From an uncultured Candidatus Saccharibacteria bacterium (lineage in GTDB: Bacteria; Patescibacteriota; Minisyncoccia; Portnoybacterales; UBA2143), in contig CAZVUG010000009.1 in assembly GCA_964629675.1 (NCBI GenBank), positions 17,523 through 81,522 of the forward strand: a stretch of DNA of 64,000 nt. Direction: 5' to 3'. The notes below the pieces were generated by a model. The model saw only the letters and a program-made list of their open reading frames with translations. It was not told where the DNA came from and searched no databases. Both the position numbers and the translations under genes were made by a program. Position 1 is the stretch's first letter. Each line of letters opens with the position of its first letter. Positions 26,053-34,515 of the stretch are shown piece after piece.

Positions 26053-27054
26053 ATGGAAAGGTCAGAGAGAAAATTAAAGGTTGCTTGTATCTTTATTTCT
26101 TTTTTAATTATCTTTTTCTCTTTTGTTTTGTTCTACCAAATAACCCATCCTTATTCTATAGAAATAACTTCATCAGATCAAAAAACAGAGACAAAGAAAG
26201 AAGCTTCAACTTTCGCCGCTTTTTTCCAGAAAGAGAAGACTGAAAAAGAAGAAAATATTCTTATCTTAGGCCGCCCTGGAGAAAATCACATTGGCGAAGA
26301 CTTAACTGATACGATTATTCTCGCTCACTTTGCTCCGCAAAACAAAAAAGTAGTTTTAATCTCTATCCCCCGTGATTTATTAGTCAGTTCTGCTGATAAA
26401 GGATATTCCTTAAAAATCAATTCTATTTATCGCTTATTCAGCATTGAGGAGTTAAAGCTAAAAATAGAAGAAATTACCGGATTAGCAACAGACCATCATG
26501 TTATTGTTGATATTAAAGTAGTTCAAGAAATTATTGATGCTGTTGATGGCTTAAATGTTTTTGTTCCTCATGATATTAACGACCCTTATTTTCCAGCCTC
26601 TAATTATACTTACCAAACTTTTAAATTAAAAAAAGGCTGGCGATATTTAGATGGGGAAACAGCTGTTAGGTATATCCGGACACGCTACACTTCTCCCCAA
26701 GGAGATTTTGACCGAATGGCCCGCCAGCAGCAAATTATCAACTTGCTTAAAAGAAAAGTCCTTTCACTCAATCCGCTTTGGGATTTCCCCGTGTATTTTA
26801 AAATATTTCAAGAGCTTAGAAGTCATATTGAAACTGATATCAGTATTTGGGAAATTAGAGATTATTGGCAAAGAGCTAAAGAATTAGATCCAGACCGAAT
26901 AGTTAACTTAGTTATTGATAAGAAAGAAACCAAACTTTTGCGGGGTGATTTAATAAAGCTCGGCGGACAAAAAGCTTCTGTCATTTATCCAACAGCCGGA
27001 AGGGATAATTACCAAGAGATAAAAGAATACATAAATAACTTTATTCAATTATGA
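26053..27054 (+). CDS. LytR-CpsA-Psr (LCP) family cell-envelope phosphotransferase
   Basis: TDTIILAHF, LISIPRDL, RYIRTRYTSPQGDFDRMARQQQ motifs. ATG at 26053 is preferred over the ORF-track start at 26017. Confidence 0.75.
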   Translation: MERSERKLKVACIFISFLIIFFSFVLFYQITHPYSIEITSSDQKTETKKEASTFAAFFQKEKTEKEENILILGRPGENHIGEDLTDTIILAHFAPQNKKVVLISIPRDLLVSSADKGYSLKINSIYRLFSIEELKLKIEEITGLATDHHVIVDIKVVQEIIDAVDGLNVFVPHDINDPYFPASNYTYQTFKLKKGWRYLDGETAVRYIRTRYTSPQGDFDRMARQQQIINLLKRKVLSLNPLWDFPVYFKIFQELRSHIETDISIWEIRDYWQRAKELDPDRIVNLVIDKKETKLLRGDLIKLGGQKASVIYPTAGRDNYQEIKEYINNFIQL

Positions 27055-27578
27055 AATTAGTAGCTGGATTAGGAAATCCTGGATTTAAATATGAGATGAC
27101 CCGCCACAATTTAGGATTTCGCATAGTTAATCAACTAGCGCAAGAATTAGACATTAATTCCTGGGAGGTTAAAGCAGCACTTAAAGCAGAAATAGCTCAG
27201 GTTATTTTAGGTAAGGAAAAAATTATCTTAGCTAAACCGCAGACATTCATGAACCAATCCGGCCAAGCAATTAGAAAGATAAAAGATTATTACAAAATTG
27301 AGTCAGAACAAATTCTAATTATTCATGATGATATTGATCTGCCTTTAGGAAAAATACTTATTCAAAAAAGAAGAGGATCAGCCGGTCACAGAGGAGTAGA
27401 ATCAATTATCGAAAATTTAGGAACTAAAGATTTTATCAGAGCCAGGATCGGCATTCAGCCAGAAAAGACAAATGAAGATGTAGAAAAATTCGTTCTTGGG
27501 AAATTTACTTTCACCGAAGAAAAAATCATTCAAGAAATAATAAAAAAAGCCGCCCAGCACATTAGAGCAGCTTTATAA
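27051..27578 (+). CDS. pth: Peptidyl-tRNA hydrolase
   Basis: LVAGLGNPGFKYEMTRHNLGF, IHDDIDLPLGK, GSAGHRGVESI motifs. Confidence 0.9.
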   Translation: MKLVAGLGNPGFKYEMTRHNLGFRIVNQLAQELDINSWEVKAALKAEIAQVILGKEKIILAKPQTFMNQSGQAIRKIKDYYKIESEQILIIHDDIDLPLGKILIQKRRGSAGHRGVESIIENLGTKDFIRARIGIQPEKTNEDVEKFVLGKFTFTEEKIIQEIIKKAAQHIRAAL

Positions 27579-27588
27579 CTATTTTATA

Positions 27589-27712
27589 TTAACTAGCCTG
27601 CCCAGGAGGGTTAGGAAAATCTATAAAAATAGATTATCCTAGCGCTTTGGCCTTACCAAATCTTTAGGAGGGATCGATTTAGCTATAGCCACTCCGCAGG
27701 CAGGCTAATTAA
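27589..27712 (+). ncRNA. Candidate structured RNA / inverted-repeat element (unknown class)
   Basis: Outer stem ttaactagcctgcc (27589-27602) / ggcaggctaattaa (27699-27712), 14 bp with 1 mismatch, extended by GGAG (27605-27608) / CTCC (27692-27695). Inner hairpins at 27612-27641 and 27646-27660. Strand not determined. Confidence 0.35.
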
Positions 27713-27796
27713 TACAAAACATTCTAAATTATAGCAGATAAATTTTATTTGTCAATGTCTAAATACCAAAAACGAAAAAATATAATCTAGATTTTA

Positions 27797-27816
27797 AAGG
27801 CTATTTGCCTTTTTTA
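27797..27816 (+). terminator. Small hairpin plus T-run 33 nt upstream of topA (terminator or attenuator)
   Basis: aaggc tattt gcctt followed by tttttt. Confidence 0.4.
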
Positions 27817-27848
27817 ATTACTTAACATATATTACAAATACTAAACAT

Positions 27849-29891
27849 ATGAAATTAATTATTGTTGAATCACCTAATAAAGCAAAAACTATCTCCAAAT
27901 TTTTAGACAGCCAATATTTAGTCGAATCTTCTTACGGTCATGTCCGTGATTTACCTAAAGGTAATTTTGGCATTGATGTTGAAAATAAATTTGAGCCAAA
28001 ATACGTTATTCCAACCAAAGCCCGCAAAACAGTTAAGCAGCTAAAAGAGGCAAACAAAAAAGCTGATTTAGTTATTATTGCAACTGATTCGGACAGGGAA
28101 GGAGAAGCTATTGCTTGGCATATTACCCATATTTTAAATTTAAAAGAAGATTCTTACCAAAGAATAACTTTTCATGAGATAACTCCCTCAGCCATTAAAA
28201 AAGCCTTAGATAATCCAGCGAAAATTGACATGAATTTAGTCAATGCCCAGCAAGCTCGCAGAATTTTAGATAGATTAGTCGGTTACGAACTTTCTCCTTT
28301 TCTTTGGAAAAAATTAATTCGGGGATTATCAGCTGGCAGGGTCCAGTCCGTAGCCGTTCGCTTGATTGTAGATCGCAAAAGAGAGATAGATAATTTTAAG
28401 CCAGTAGAATATTGGTCAATTGAAGCTAAGCTGCAAAAAGAAAAAAATAACCAGCCAGCAGAATTTATTGCTAAATTAATTAAAAAAGGCGGGAAAACAA
28501 TCTCAAAAACAGGTATTGCCAATAAAAAAGAAGCAGCTAAAATAATTCAAGATTTAGAGAAAGCAAATTATCAAGTAGTTGAAATACAAAAAAAAGAAAC
28601 TAAAAGAAATCCACTACCGCCTTTTACCACTAGCACCCTTCAACAAGAAGCCTCCAAAAAATTCGGTTTTTCAGCCAAACAGACAATGCGCTTAGCCCAA
28701 AAGCTTTACGAAAATGGTCGGATAACTTATCACCGAACTGACTCTCTAAGTCTTTCGCAAAATGCCTTAAAGCAAGTTCGAGAATTTATCCAGCAGCAAA
28801 TCGGCTCCAAGTATTTACCTTCAATCCCCAATTTATACAAAACTAAATCTAAAGGCGCTCAAGAAGCCCACGAAGCCATTCGGCCAACCAAAGCTATTTA
28901 TCAAGGAGATAAAATTAAAGACGCCAGAGAATCTAAGCTTTACCAATTAATCTGGAAAAGATTTATAGCCTGCCAAATGAAACCAGCTGTCTTTGATGCA
29001 GTCACTATTGATATACAAGCTCAAGGGAAAAGCAAATCTTTCTATCTTTTTCGCAGCAATGGCTCTACAGTCAAATTTGATGGATTTTTAAAAATATATC
29101 CAATTAAATTGAAAGAGGCGTCTCTGCCTAATTTAGATAAAGATGAAATTTTAAAATTGCTAAAAATTATCTCTGAACAACATTTTACCCAACCGCCAGC
29201 TCTTTATAGCGAGGCTTCCTTAATTAAAACACTCGAGGAATATGGTATTGGCCGGCCGTCTACCTATGCCTCAATCATCAGCACTATCCAAGATCGTGGT
29301 TACGTTAGTAAAAATGAGCAAAAAAAATTTAGCCCCAACGAAATTGGCATTATTGTCGCTGACTTGCTTAAAGAGCATTTTCCTAAGATTGTTGATGTGC
29401 AATTTACCGCTAACATTGAAAAAGATTTAGATAAAATTGCCAATGGTAAAGCAAAATGGCATTCAGTTATCAACAATTTTTACAAATTCTTTCACGAAAA
29501 TTTATTAAAAAAATATAAAGAAGTTGAAAAAAAGAAGCTAGAAGAACCAACTAACCGCAAATGCCCAAAATGCGGCAGTCCTTTAGTTATTAAATTAGGG
29601 CGATTTGGCAAATTTTATGCCTGCTCTAATTTTCCTGAATGTAAATATACGGAAACAATTATTAAATCTACCGGCATAAAATGCCCCAAATGCAACAAAG
29701 GGGAAATAGTCGAGAGAAAAACAAAAAAAGGAAAAACCTTTTACTCATGTTCTCGTTATCCTAAATGTGATTTTGCTTTATGGGACAAGCCTACCGGAGA
29801 GAGATGTCCGAAATGCAATTCATTGTTAGTTACTGGAAAAAACGGACAAATAAAATGCAGTAATAAAGAATGCGATTTTGTAAAAAAATAA
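27849..29891 (+). CDS. topA: DNA topoisomerase I
   Basis: TOPRIM (LIIVESPNKAKTI, ATDSDREGEAIAWH), active-site region RITYHRTDS, three C-terminal CxxC...CxxC zinc ribbons. Confidence 0.92.
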   Translation: MKLIIVESPNKAKTISKFLDSQYLVESSYGHVRDLPKGNFGIDVENKFEPKYVIPTKARKTVKQLKEANKKADLVIIATDSDREGEAIAWHITHILNLKEDSYQRITFHEITPSAIKKALDNPAKIDMNLVNAQQARRILDRLVGYELSPFLWKKLIRGLSAGRVQSVAVRLIVDRKREIDNFKPVEYWSIEAKLQKEKNNQPAEFIAKLIKKGGKTISKTGIANKKEAAKIIQDLEKANYQVVEIQKKETKRNPLPPFTTSTLQQEASKKFGFSAKQTMRLAQKLYENGRITYHRTDSLSLSQNALKQVREFIQQQIGSKYLPSIPNLYKTKSKGAQEAHEAIRPTKAIYQGDKIKDARESKLYQLIWKRFIACQMKPAVFDAVTIDIQAQGKSKSFYLFRSNGSTVKFDGFLKIYPIKLKEASLPNLDKDEILKLLKIISEQHFTQPPALYSEASLIKTLEEYGIGRPSTYASIISTIQDRGYVSKNEQKKFSPNEIGIIVADLLKEHFPKIVDVQFTANIEKDLDKIANGKAKWHSVINNFYKFFHENLLKKYKEVEKKKLEEPTNRKCPKCGSPLVIKLGRFGKFYACSNFPECKYTETIIKSTGIKCPKCNKGEIVERKTKKGKTFYSCSRYPKCDFALWDKPTGERCPKCNSLLVTGKNGQIKCSNKECDFVKK

Positions 29892-29938
29892 GCCCCATTT
29901 TTATTTTTAAAAATGAGGCTCTTCAGCTAAGAGGCCTT

Positions 29939-30382
29939 CTAACTTTTTCCATTTCTTTGATACTTTCCCATAAATCTTTTTAAACCTAACTTTGCCAAAT
30001 CATCAATCGGCAGATTTAAAGCCTGGGAAGGTCTTATCCAGATAAATTTTCTCTTTTTCCCTCCTTCGTTAAAGTATTCGATTTCCGAATCATTAACATT
30101 ACAGGAATAAATCGCGATAGACTTTGCCTTATATCTAGCAGTTGCCGAATATCTGATAAAAGTGTCTAACGCCTCAATAATCGTTAAATCTTTTAACACC
30201 TGTAGTTCTTCTTTCATCTCTCTTTGTAGAGTTTCTCTAAGATTAGTATCAACTAAAATATTCATATGCCCGGTTGGCAGTGTCCACTTCCCATTCCGTT
30301 CCACTAAGAGAGCTTCGCCTCTCTGGTTTTTCAGCAGGCCAGCTACGACTAAAGTAGCTCCGATCCTTTTTTCTTTTTCCAT
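29939..30382 (-). CDS. NUDIX hydrolase
   Basis: Variant Nudix box GHMNILVDTNLRETLQREMKEELQV (REUxEE core present). 147 aa. Confidence 0.6.
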   Translation of the reverse strand: MEKEKRIGATLVVAGLLKNQRGEALLVERNGKWTLPTGHMNILVDTNLRETLQREMKEELQVLKDLTIIEALDTFIRYSATARYKAKSIAIYSCNVNDSEIEYFNEGGKKRKFIWIRPSQALNLPIDDLAKLGLKRFMGKYQRNGKS

Positions 30383-30490
30383 AATTCCCCTCCATCCAGA
30401 AGGCTTTTCTCTTGCTGGTTAAAATATAAAAGAACGTTATCTAAATCATAGACTTTACATTGTCTTTGTCAAGACAATATAATATATATA

Positions 30491-31972
30491 ATGAGTTTAA
30501 AAGAATTTTTAGCAAAACTAAAAGAGATAAATCCAAATTTAGATTTTGTTTTAATTGAAAAAGCTTATCTTTTTGCTCAAGAAAATTACCAGGGCCTGAT
30601 TCGCTTATCTGGAGAGACATATTTTAATCATTGCTTAGAGATATCTCTTGATTTAGCTAAGATGAAACTTGATTCAGCCAGCATTGCCACAGCTATTTTA
30701 CATGAAATTATAGAGAGAGCCGGCTTGCCTAAGGAAAAATTAAAAGAAAATTTTGGTGAAGAAATTACTTTTTTAGTAGAAGGCGTTACTAATGTCGGCA
30801 AAATAGAACATCATGACGCTAAACGCAACATGGAAAATCTCCGCAAATTGTTTTTAGTAATGGCTCAGGATATTAGAGTTGTTCTTATTAAATTAGTTAA
30901 CAGAACTCACGGATTAAAAACCCTTTATGTTTTTCCGGAAGAAAAGCAAAAAAGATTAGCTAAAGAAACTTTAGAAATTTACGCCCCTTTAGCCCGCCGC
31001 TTAGGCGCCGGAGAAATCTCTGGACAGCTAGAAGATTTAGCTTTTGCTTATGCTCATCCTAAAGAATATAAGGATTTATTAGATCAAGTTCATGATAAAT
31101 ATGATGCTTATAAAAATTATCTGCAAAAAATAATTCCGGTAGTTAAAAAAAGTTTAGCTAGAGAAGGCATCAAAGTTATTGAGATTCATGCCCGAACTAA
31201 GCATTACTATAGCTTATATCAAAAACTTCTTCGTTATGAAATGGATTGGCATAAAATATATGACTTAGTTGCCTTAAGAATAATCGTCCCTGATATTGAA
31301 AGCTGCTATGGCGCTTTAGGAGTTATTCATAAAAAGTGGAAACCTCTTCTGGGAAGAATTAAAGACTACATTGCTATTCCTAAGCCTAATGGTTACCGAT
31401 CGCTTCACACAACTGTTTTTTGCCAAGAAGGGAAAATAACTGAATTCCAAATTAGGACTCCGCAAATGCATCATGAAGCCGAATATGGTATTGCTGCCCA
31501 CTGGCATTACAGCGAAAAGAATGGATTAAAGGATTATCTTAAGAAAATGATCGGACAAATAAAAGAAAGTAAAAGAGAAAAAAAAGAAGAATTTGAAAAA
31601 GAATTAATTTGGGTTAAGCAATTGCAGGAATGGCAGCAGCAAACATCTCTTTCTCCCCAAGAATTTTTAGAATCGCTTAAAATTGACTTTCTTAAAAACC
31701 GTATTTTTGTTTTTACCCCTTCAGGAGAAATAATTGATTTGCCAGAAGGAGCTACGCCAGTAGATTTTGCTTATAAAATCCATACTGATATTGGCGATCA
31801 TTGTGCTGGCGTTAAAATTGACGGAAAGTTTTCTCCTATTTCAACACCTCTTAAAAATGGCGAAGTAGTAGAAATTATTACTCAAAAAAATAAAAAGCCA
31901 AATAATGATTGGCTTCAATTTGTCAAAACTACTCAAGCTAAAAACAGAATCAGGAATTATTTTAAAGAATAG
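30491..31972 (+). CDS. relA: RelA/SpoT homolog: (p)ppGpp synthetase with a substituted HD hydrolase domain, plus TGS
   Basis: Synthetase motifs RIKDYIAIPKPNGYRSLHTTV and EFQIRTPQMHHEAEYGIAAHWHY. TGS segment (VFTPSGEIIDLPEGATPVDFAYKIH). HD region reads LHEIIER and LVNRTH instead of LHDxxED and LADRLHN. Confidence 0.8.
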   Translation: MSLKEFLAKLKEINPNLDFVLIEKAYLFAQENYQGLIRLSGETYFNHCLEISLDLAKMKLDSASIATAILHEIIERAGLPKEKLKENFGEEITFLVEGVTNVGKIEHHDAKRNMENLRKLFLVMAQDIRVVLIKLVNRTHGLKTLYVFPEEKQKRLAKETLEIYAPLARRLGAGEISGQLEDLAFAYAHPKEYKDLLDQVHDKYDAYKNYLQKIIPVVKKSLAREGIKVIEIHARTKHYYSLYQKLLRYEMDWHKIYDLVALRIIVPDIESCYGALGVIHKKWKPLLGRIKDYIAIPKPNGYRSLHTTVFCQEGKITEFQIRTPQMHHEAEYGIAAHWHYSEKNGLKDYLKKMIGQIKESKREKKEEFEKELIWVKQLQEWQQQTSLSPQEFLESLKIDFLKNRIFVFTPSGEIIDLPEGATPVDFAYKIHTDIGDHCAGVKIDGKFSPISTPLKNGEVVEIITQKNKKPNNDWLQFVKTTQAKNRIRNYFKE

Positions 31973-32889
31973 ATTTTTAATAAAGAATCTCTTAATTCTC
32001 CTAATTCTTCCTGATCACGAAATTCAATTTTAAGGAAACCGCTCTTACCGCGTTCTCGACCTCTTTGAGTAATGCTAACCATTCTTCCCAAAGCACCTCC
32101 TAATGTTTTTTCTGTCTCTCGGAAAAACAAGCTTTTTGGACCAATTGCTTTAGTGCTCTGAGGGATGCCAACTGAAAGTTTTTTGGCTAATTCATTAGCC
32201 TGATGCATACTTAACTTCTCTTTAAGAATCTTCTGGAAAAGTTTTCTTTGCAAGTCTGGTTTTAAAGTAAGCTTAAGCAGCGCCCTTCCGTGACCTTCAA
32301 TAATTCTTCTTTCCGATAAAGCCCTTTTAATATTTGGCGGCAAAGTTAAAAGCCGCAGAACATTAGTTACTGTCGATCTGTCTTTGCCTATTTTTTCAGC
32401 AATTGCCTGATGACTTAAATTAAATTCTTTTTGCAGCCTTCTAAATCCCAAAGCTAATTCGACTGGATTTAAATTCTCCCGCTGCAGATTTTCAACCAGA
32501 CCTATTTCCATTTTCTTATCTGCCGTACTGTTTCTGACAATTACTGGCACTTGTCTTAAGCCGACCATTTTAGCAGCTCGCCATCGCCTTTCTCCAGCAA
32601 TTAATTCATATTCTACATCCTGGCCCCTTTCGGTCGGTTTTTCTATTTTAGAAACAAGCAAAGGCTGAAGAACGCCATATTCTCTGATTGAGTCTGCTAA
32701 CTCTATTAAGCTGTTTTTAGCAAAATTTTTTCTTGATTGATGAGAGCTAGCCCTAATTTTATCAACCTCTATATTAAAAATAACTTCTCTTTTAGAATTA
32801 TCTTTTCGAGAAACTGGACTAACTTTGCTCTTGTTTGATTTTTTTTGGGGAATTAATGATTGTAATCCCCGGCCAAGTGAACTACTCAT
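31957..32889 (-). CDS. parB: Chromosome partitioning protein ParB/Spo0J
   Basis: GVLQPLLV and IAGERRWRAAK ParB-box motifs, plus HTH. Confidence 0.88.
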   Translation of the reverse strand: MSSSLGRGLQSLIPQKKSNKSKVSPVSRKDNSKREVIFNIEVDKIRASSHQSRKNFAKNSLIELADSIREYGVLQPLLVSKIEKPTERGQDVEYELIAGERRWRAAKMVGLRQVPVIVRNSTADKKMEIGLVENLQRENLNPVELALGFRRLQKEFNLSHQAIAEKIGKDRSTVTNVLRLLTLPPNIKRALSERRIIEGHGRALLKLTLKPDLQRKLFQKILKEKLSMHQANELAKKLSVGIPQSTKAIGPKSLFFRETEKTLGGALGRMVSITQRGRERGKSGFLKIEFRDQEELGELRDSLLKIYSLK

Positions 32890-33659
32890 ATTTTTTTCTT
32901 ATCTAATTCAATTATTTCTTTAGCTAATTGGCGATAAGCCTTTGCTCCCCGAGAATGAGGATCATATTGCAAAATTGATTTGCCAAAGCTAGGGGCTTCG
33001 GCCAATTTAACGCAGCGAGGGATAGTTGCATCAAATACATAATTATCAAAATTTCTTTCTATTTCTTTTTTGACCTGCCGCGAAAGCCTGTTCCGCCGAT
33101 CATACATAGTCAAAAGAGCTCCCTTTATTTTTAATTCTTTACCTAAGTTATCTTTAACTAATTCGATTGTCCTTAAAAGCTGACCTAATCCTTCTAAGGC
33201 ATAATATTCGCATTGCACTGGAATAATTAATTCGTCGGCTGCCACCAAGCCATTAATTGTTAATAAGCCTAAGCTAGGCGGACAATCAATGATGATATAA
33301 TCATAGTTAGTCCTAATTCGGCGCAACACTTCTGCCAAACGGAATTCTCGATTAGAACGGGTAACTAATTCTATTGTTGCCCCAGCTAAATCTGGAGCAG
33401 CCGGAATAATATCATAGCCAAATAGATTAGTCTGGCGAATGATTTTTTCCGGGAGGATATTTCCAATCAATGAATCATACAAGCTAAAAGAAACTTTATA
33501 AGGATTTAAACCTATCCCTGAAGTTGCATTAGCTTGCGGATCAACATCAACCAAAAGCACATATTTGCCCATAGCTGCCAAATAGCTTAATAAATTTATT
33601 GCTGAAGTGCTTTTACCAACACCGCCTTTTTGATTAACTAATCCAATAACTTGCGCCAT
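32886..33659 (-). CDS. parA: Chromosome partitioning ATPase ParA/Soj
   Basis: Deviant Walker A NQKGGVGKSTS; DCPPSLG. Confidence 0.9.
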   Translation of the reverse strand: MAQVIGLVNQKGGVGKSTSAINLLSYLAAMGKYVLLVDVDPQANATSGIGLNPYKVSFSLYDSLIGNILPEKIIRQTNLFGYDIIPAAPDLAGATIELVTRSNREFRLAEVLRRIRTNYDYIIIDCPPSLGLLTINGLVAADELIIPVQCEYYALEGLGQLLRTIELVKDNLGKELKIKGALLTMYDRRNRLSRQVKKEIERNFDNYVFDATIPRCVKLAEAPSFGKSILQYDPHSRGAKAYRQLAKEIIELDKKKI

Positions 33660-33723
33660 ATATTTTTATTGTACTATATTTTTAAATTGACAACAAGTGG
33701 ATTTTAAGAGAAAATAAACGCAA

Positions 33724-33807
33724 GCCGGAGTGGTGAAATTGGCAAACGCGCAGCACTCAAAATGCTGTGGGCTTAGGCCCTTGTGGGTTCGAGTCCCACC
33801 TCCGGCA
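33724..33807 (+). tRNA. tRNA-Leu(CAA)
   Basis: Acceptor gccggag/ctccggc, anticodon loop ctcaaaa (CAA), long variable arm, T-arm gtgggttcgagtcccac. Confidence 0.9.
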
Positions 33808-33814
33808 CTTTTTT

Positions 33815-34462
33815 TTATTTCAGCATTTTCATCAGCTGATTTTTATTAACTGGGCCTATCCTAATGATTTTTGGATAAGAACCAGTCAAATCTAGAACAG
33901 TTGAAGCTTGGCTTTCAGGCAAATCGCCGGCATCTAAAATTAAATCTGGATGAGGATAACTTTTAGAAAAAATTTTGATAACTTCGCTGGCAGAAGTCAT
34001 TGGAGAATCCCCGGAAATATTAGCCGAAGTAACCGTAATTGGCCTATTTAATTTTTCCATTAAATTTTCTGTAAAAATATGATCTGGCATCCTCAAGCCA
34101 ATTGTTTTTTTACCGGCTGTTAAAATATCTGGGACAATATTCTTTTTTTCCAAGATAGCTGTTACTGGGCCAGGCCAAATTTCTTCAAGAGCTTTCCTTC
34201 TTTTGTAATCAATAAAAGCCAATTCTTCAGCCATATCAACATCTCTAACCATAACTGGGACTGGTTTTGTCGTAGCCCTTTTTTTAATTTTAAAAAGCCG
34301 GCTAACGCTTGCTGTATTTAGAGCATCAACCCCCAAACCATAGACTGTATCTGTCGGATAGATAATACTACCGCCTTTCCGGATTGTTTCAATTGCTTGA
34401 TCAATAATTTCTTGATCAAAATCTTCCCAATGACCTCCTAAATTAAATTTAATAATTTCCAT
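33815..34462 (-). CDS. tsaC: L-threonylcarbamoyladenylate synthase (TsaC/Sua5/YrdC family)
   Basis: IYPTDTVYGLGVDA, KKRATTKPVPVMV and TVTSANISG motifs. Confidence 0.8.
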   Translation of the reverse strand: MEIIKFNLGGHWEDFDQEIIDQAIETIRKGGSIIYPTDTVYGLGVDALNTASVSRLFKIKKRATTKPVPVMVRDVDMAEELAFIDYKRRKALEEIWPGPVTAILEKKNIVPDILTAGKKTIGLRMPDHIFTENLMEKLNRPITVTSANISGDSPMTSASEVIKIFSKSYPHPDLILDAGDLPESQASTVLDLTGSYPKIIRIGPVNKNQLMKMLK

Positions 34463-34515
34463 GATAATTCTGCAGAATGATTTAATTAAAATAATAACCA
34501 GAATAAAGGAATGAT

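Noticed and set aside
27589-27712. Identification of the pth-topA structured element as SRP (4.5S) RNA, 6S RNA or RNase P RNA
   Set aside because: It lacks the conserved SRP helix-8 signature (GGAA tetraloop with AGCA/AGG internal loop). It also lacks the RNase P P4 sequence (GAGGAAAGUCC) and is too short for 6S. It is kept only as an unclassified candidate.
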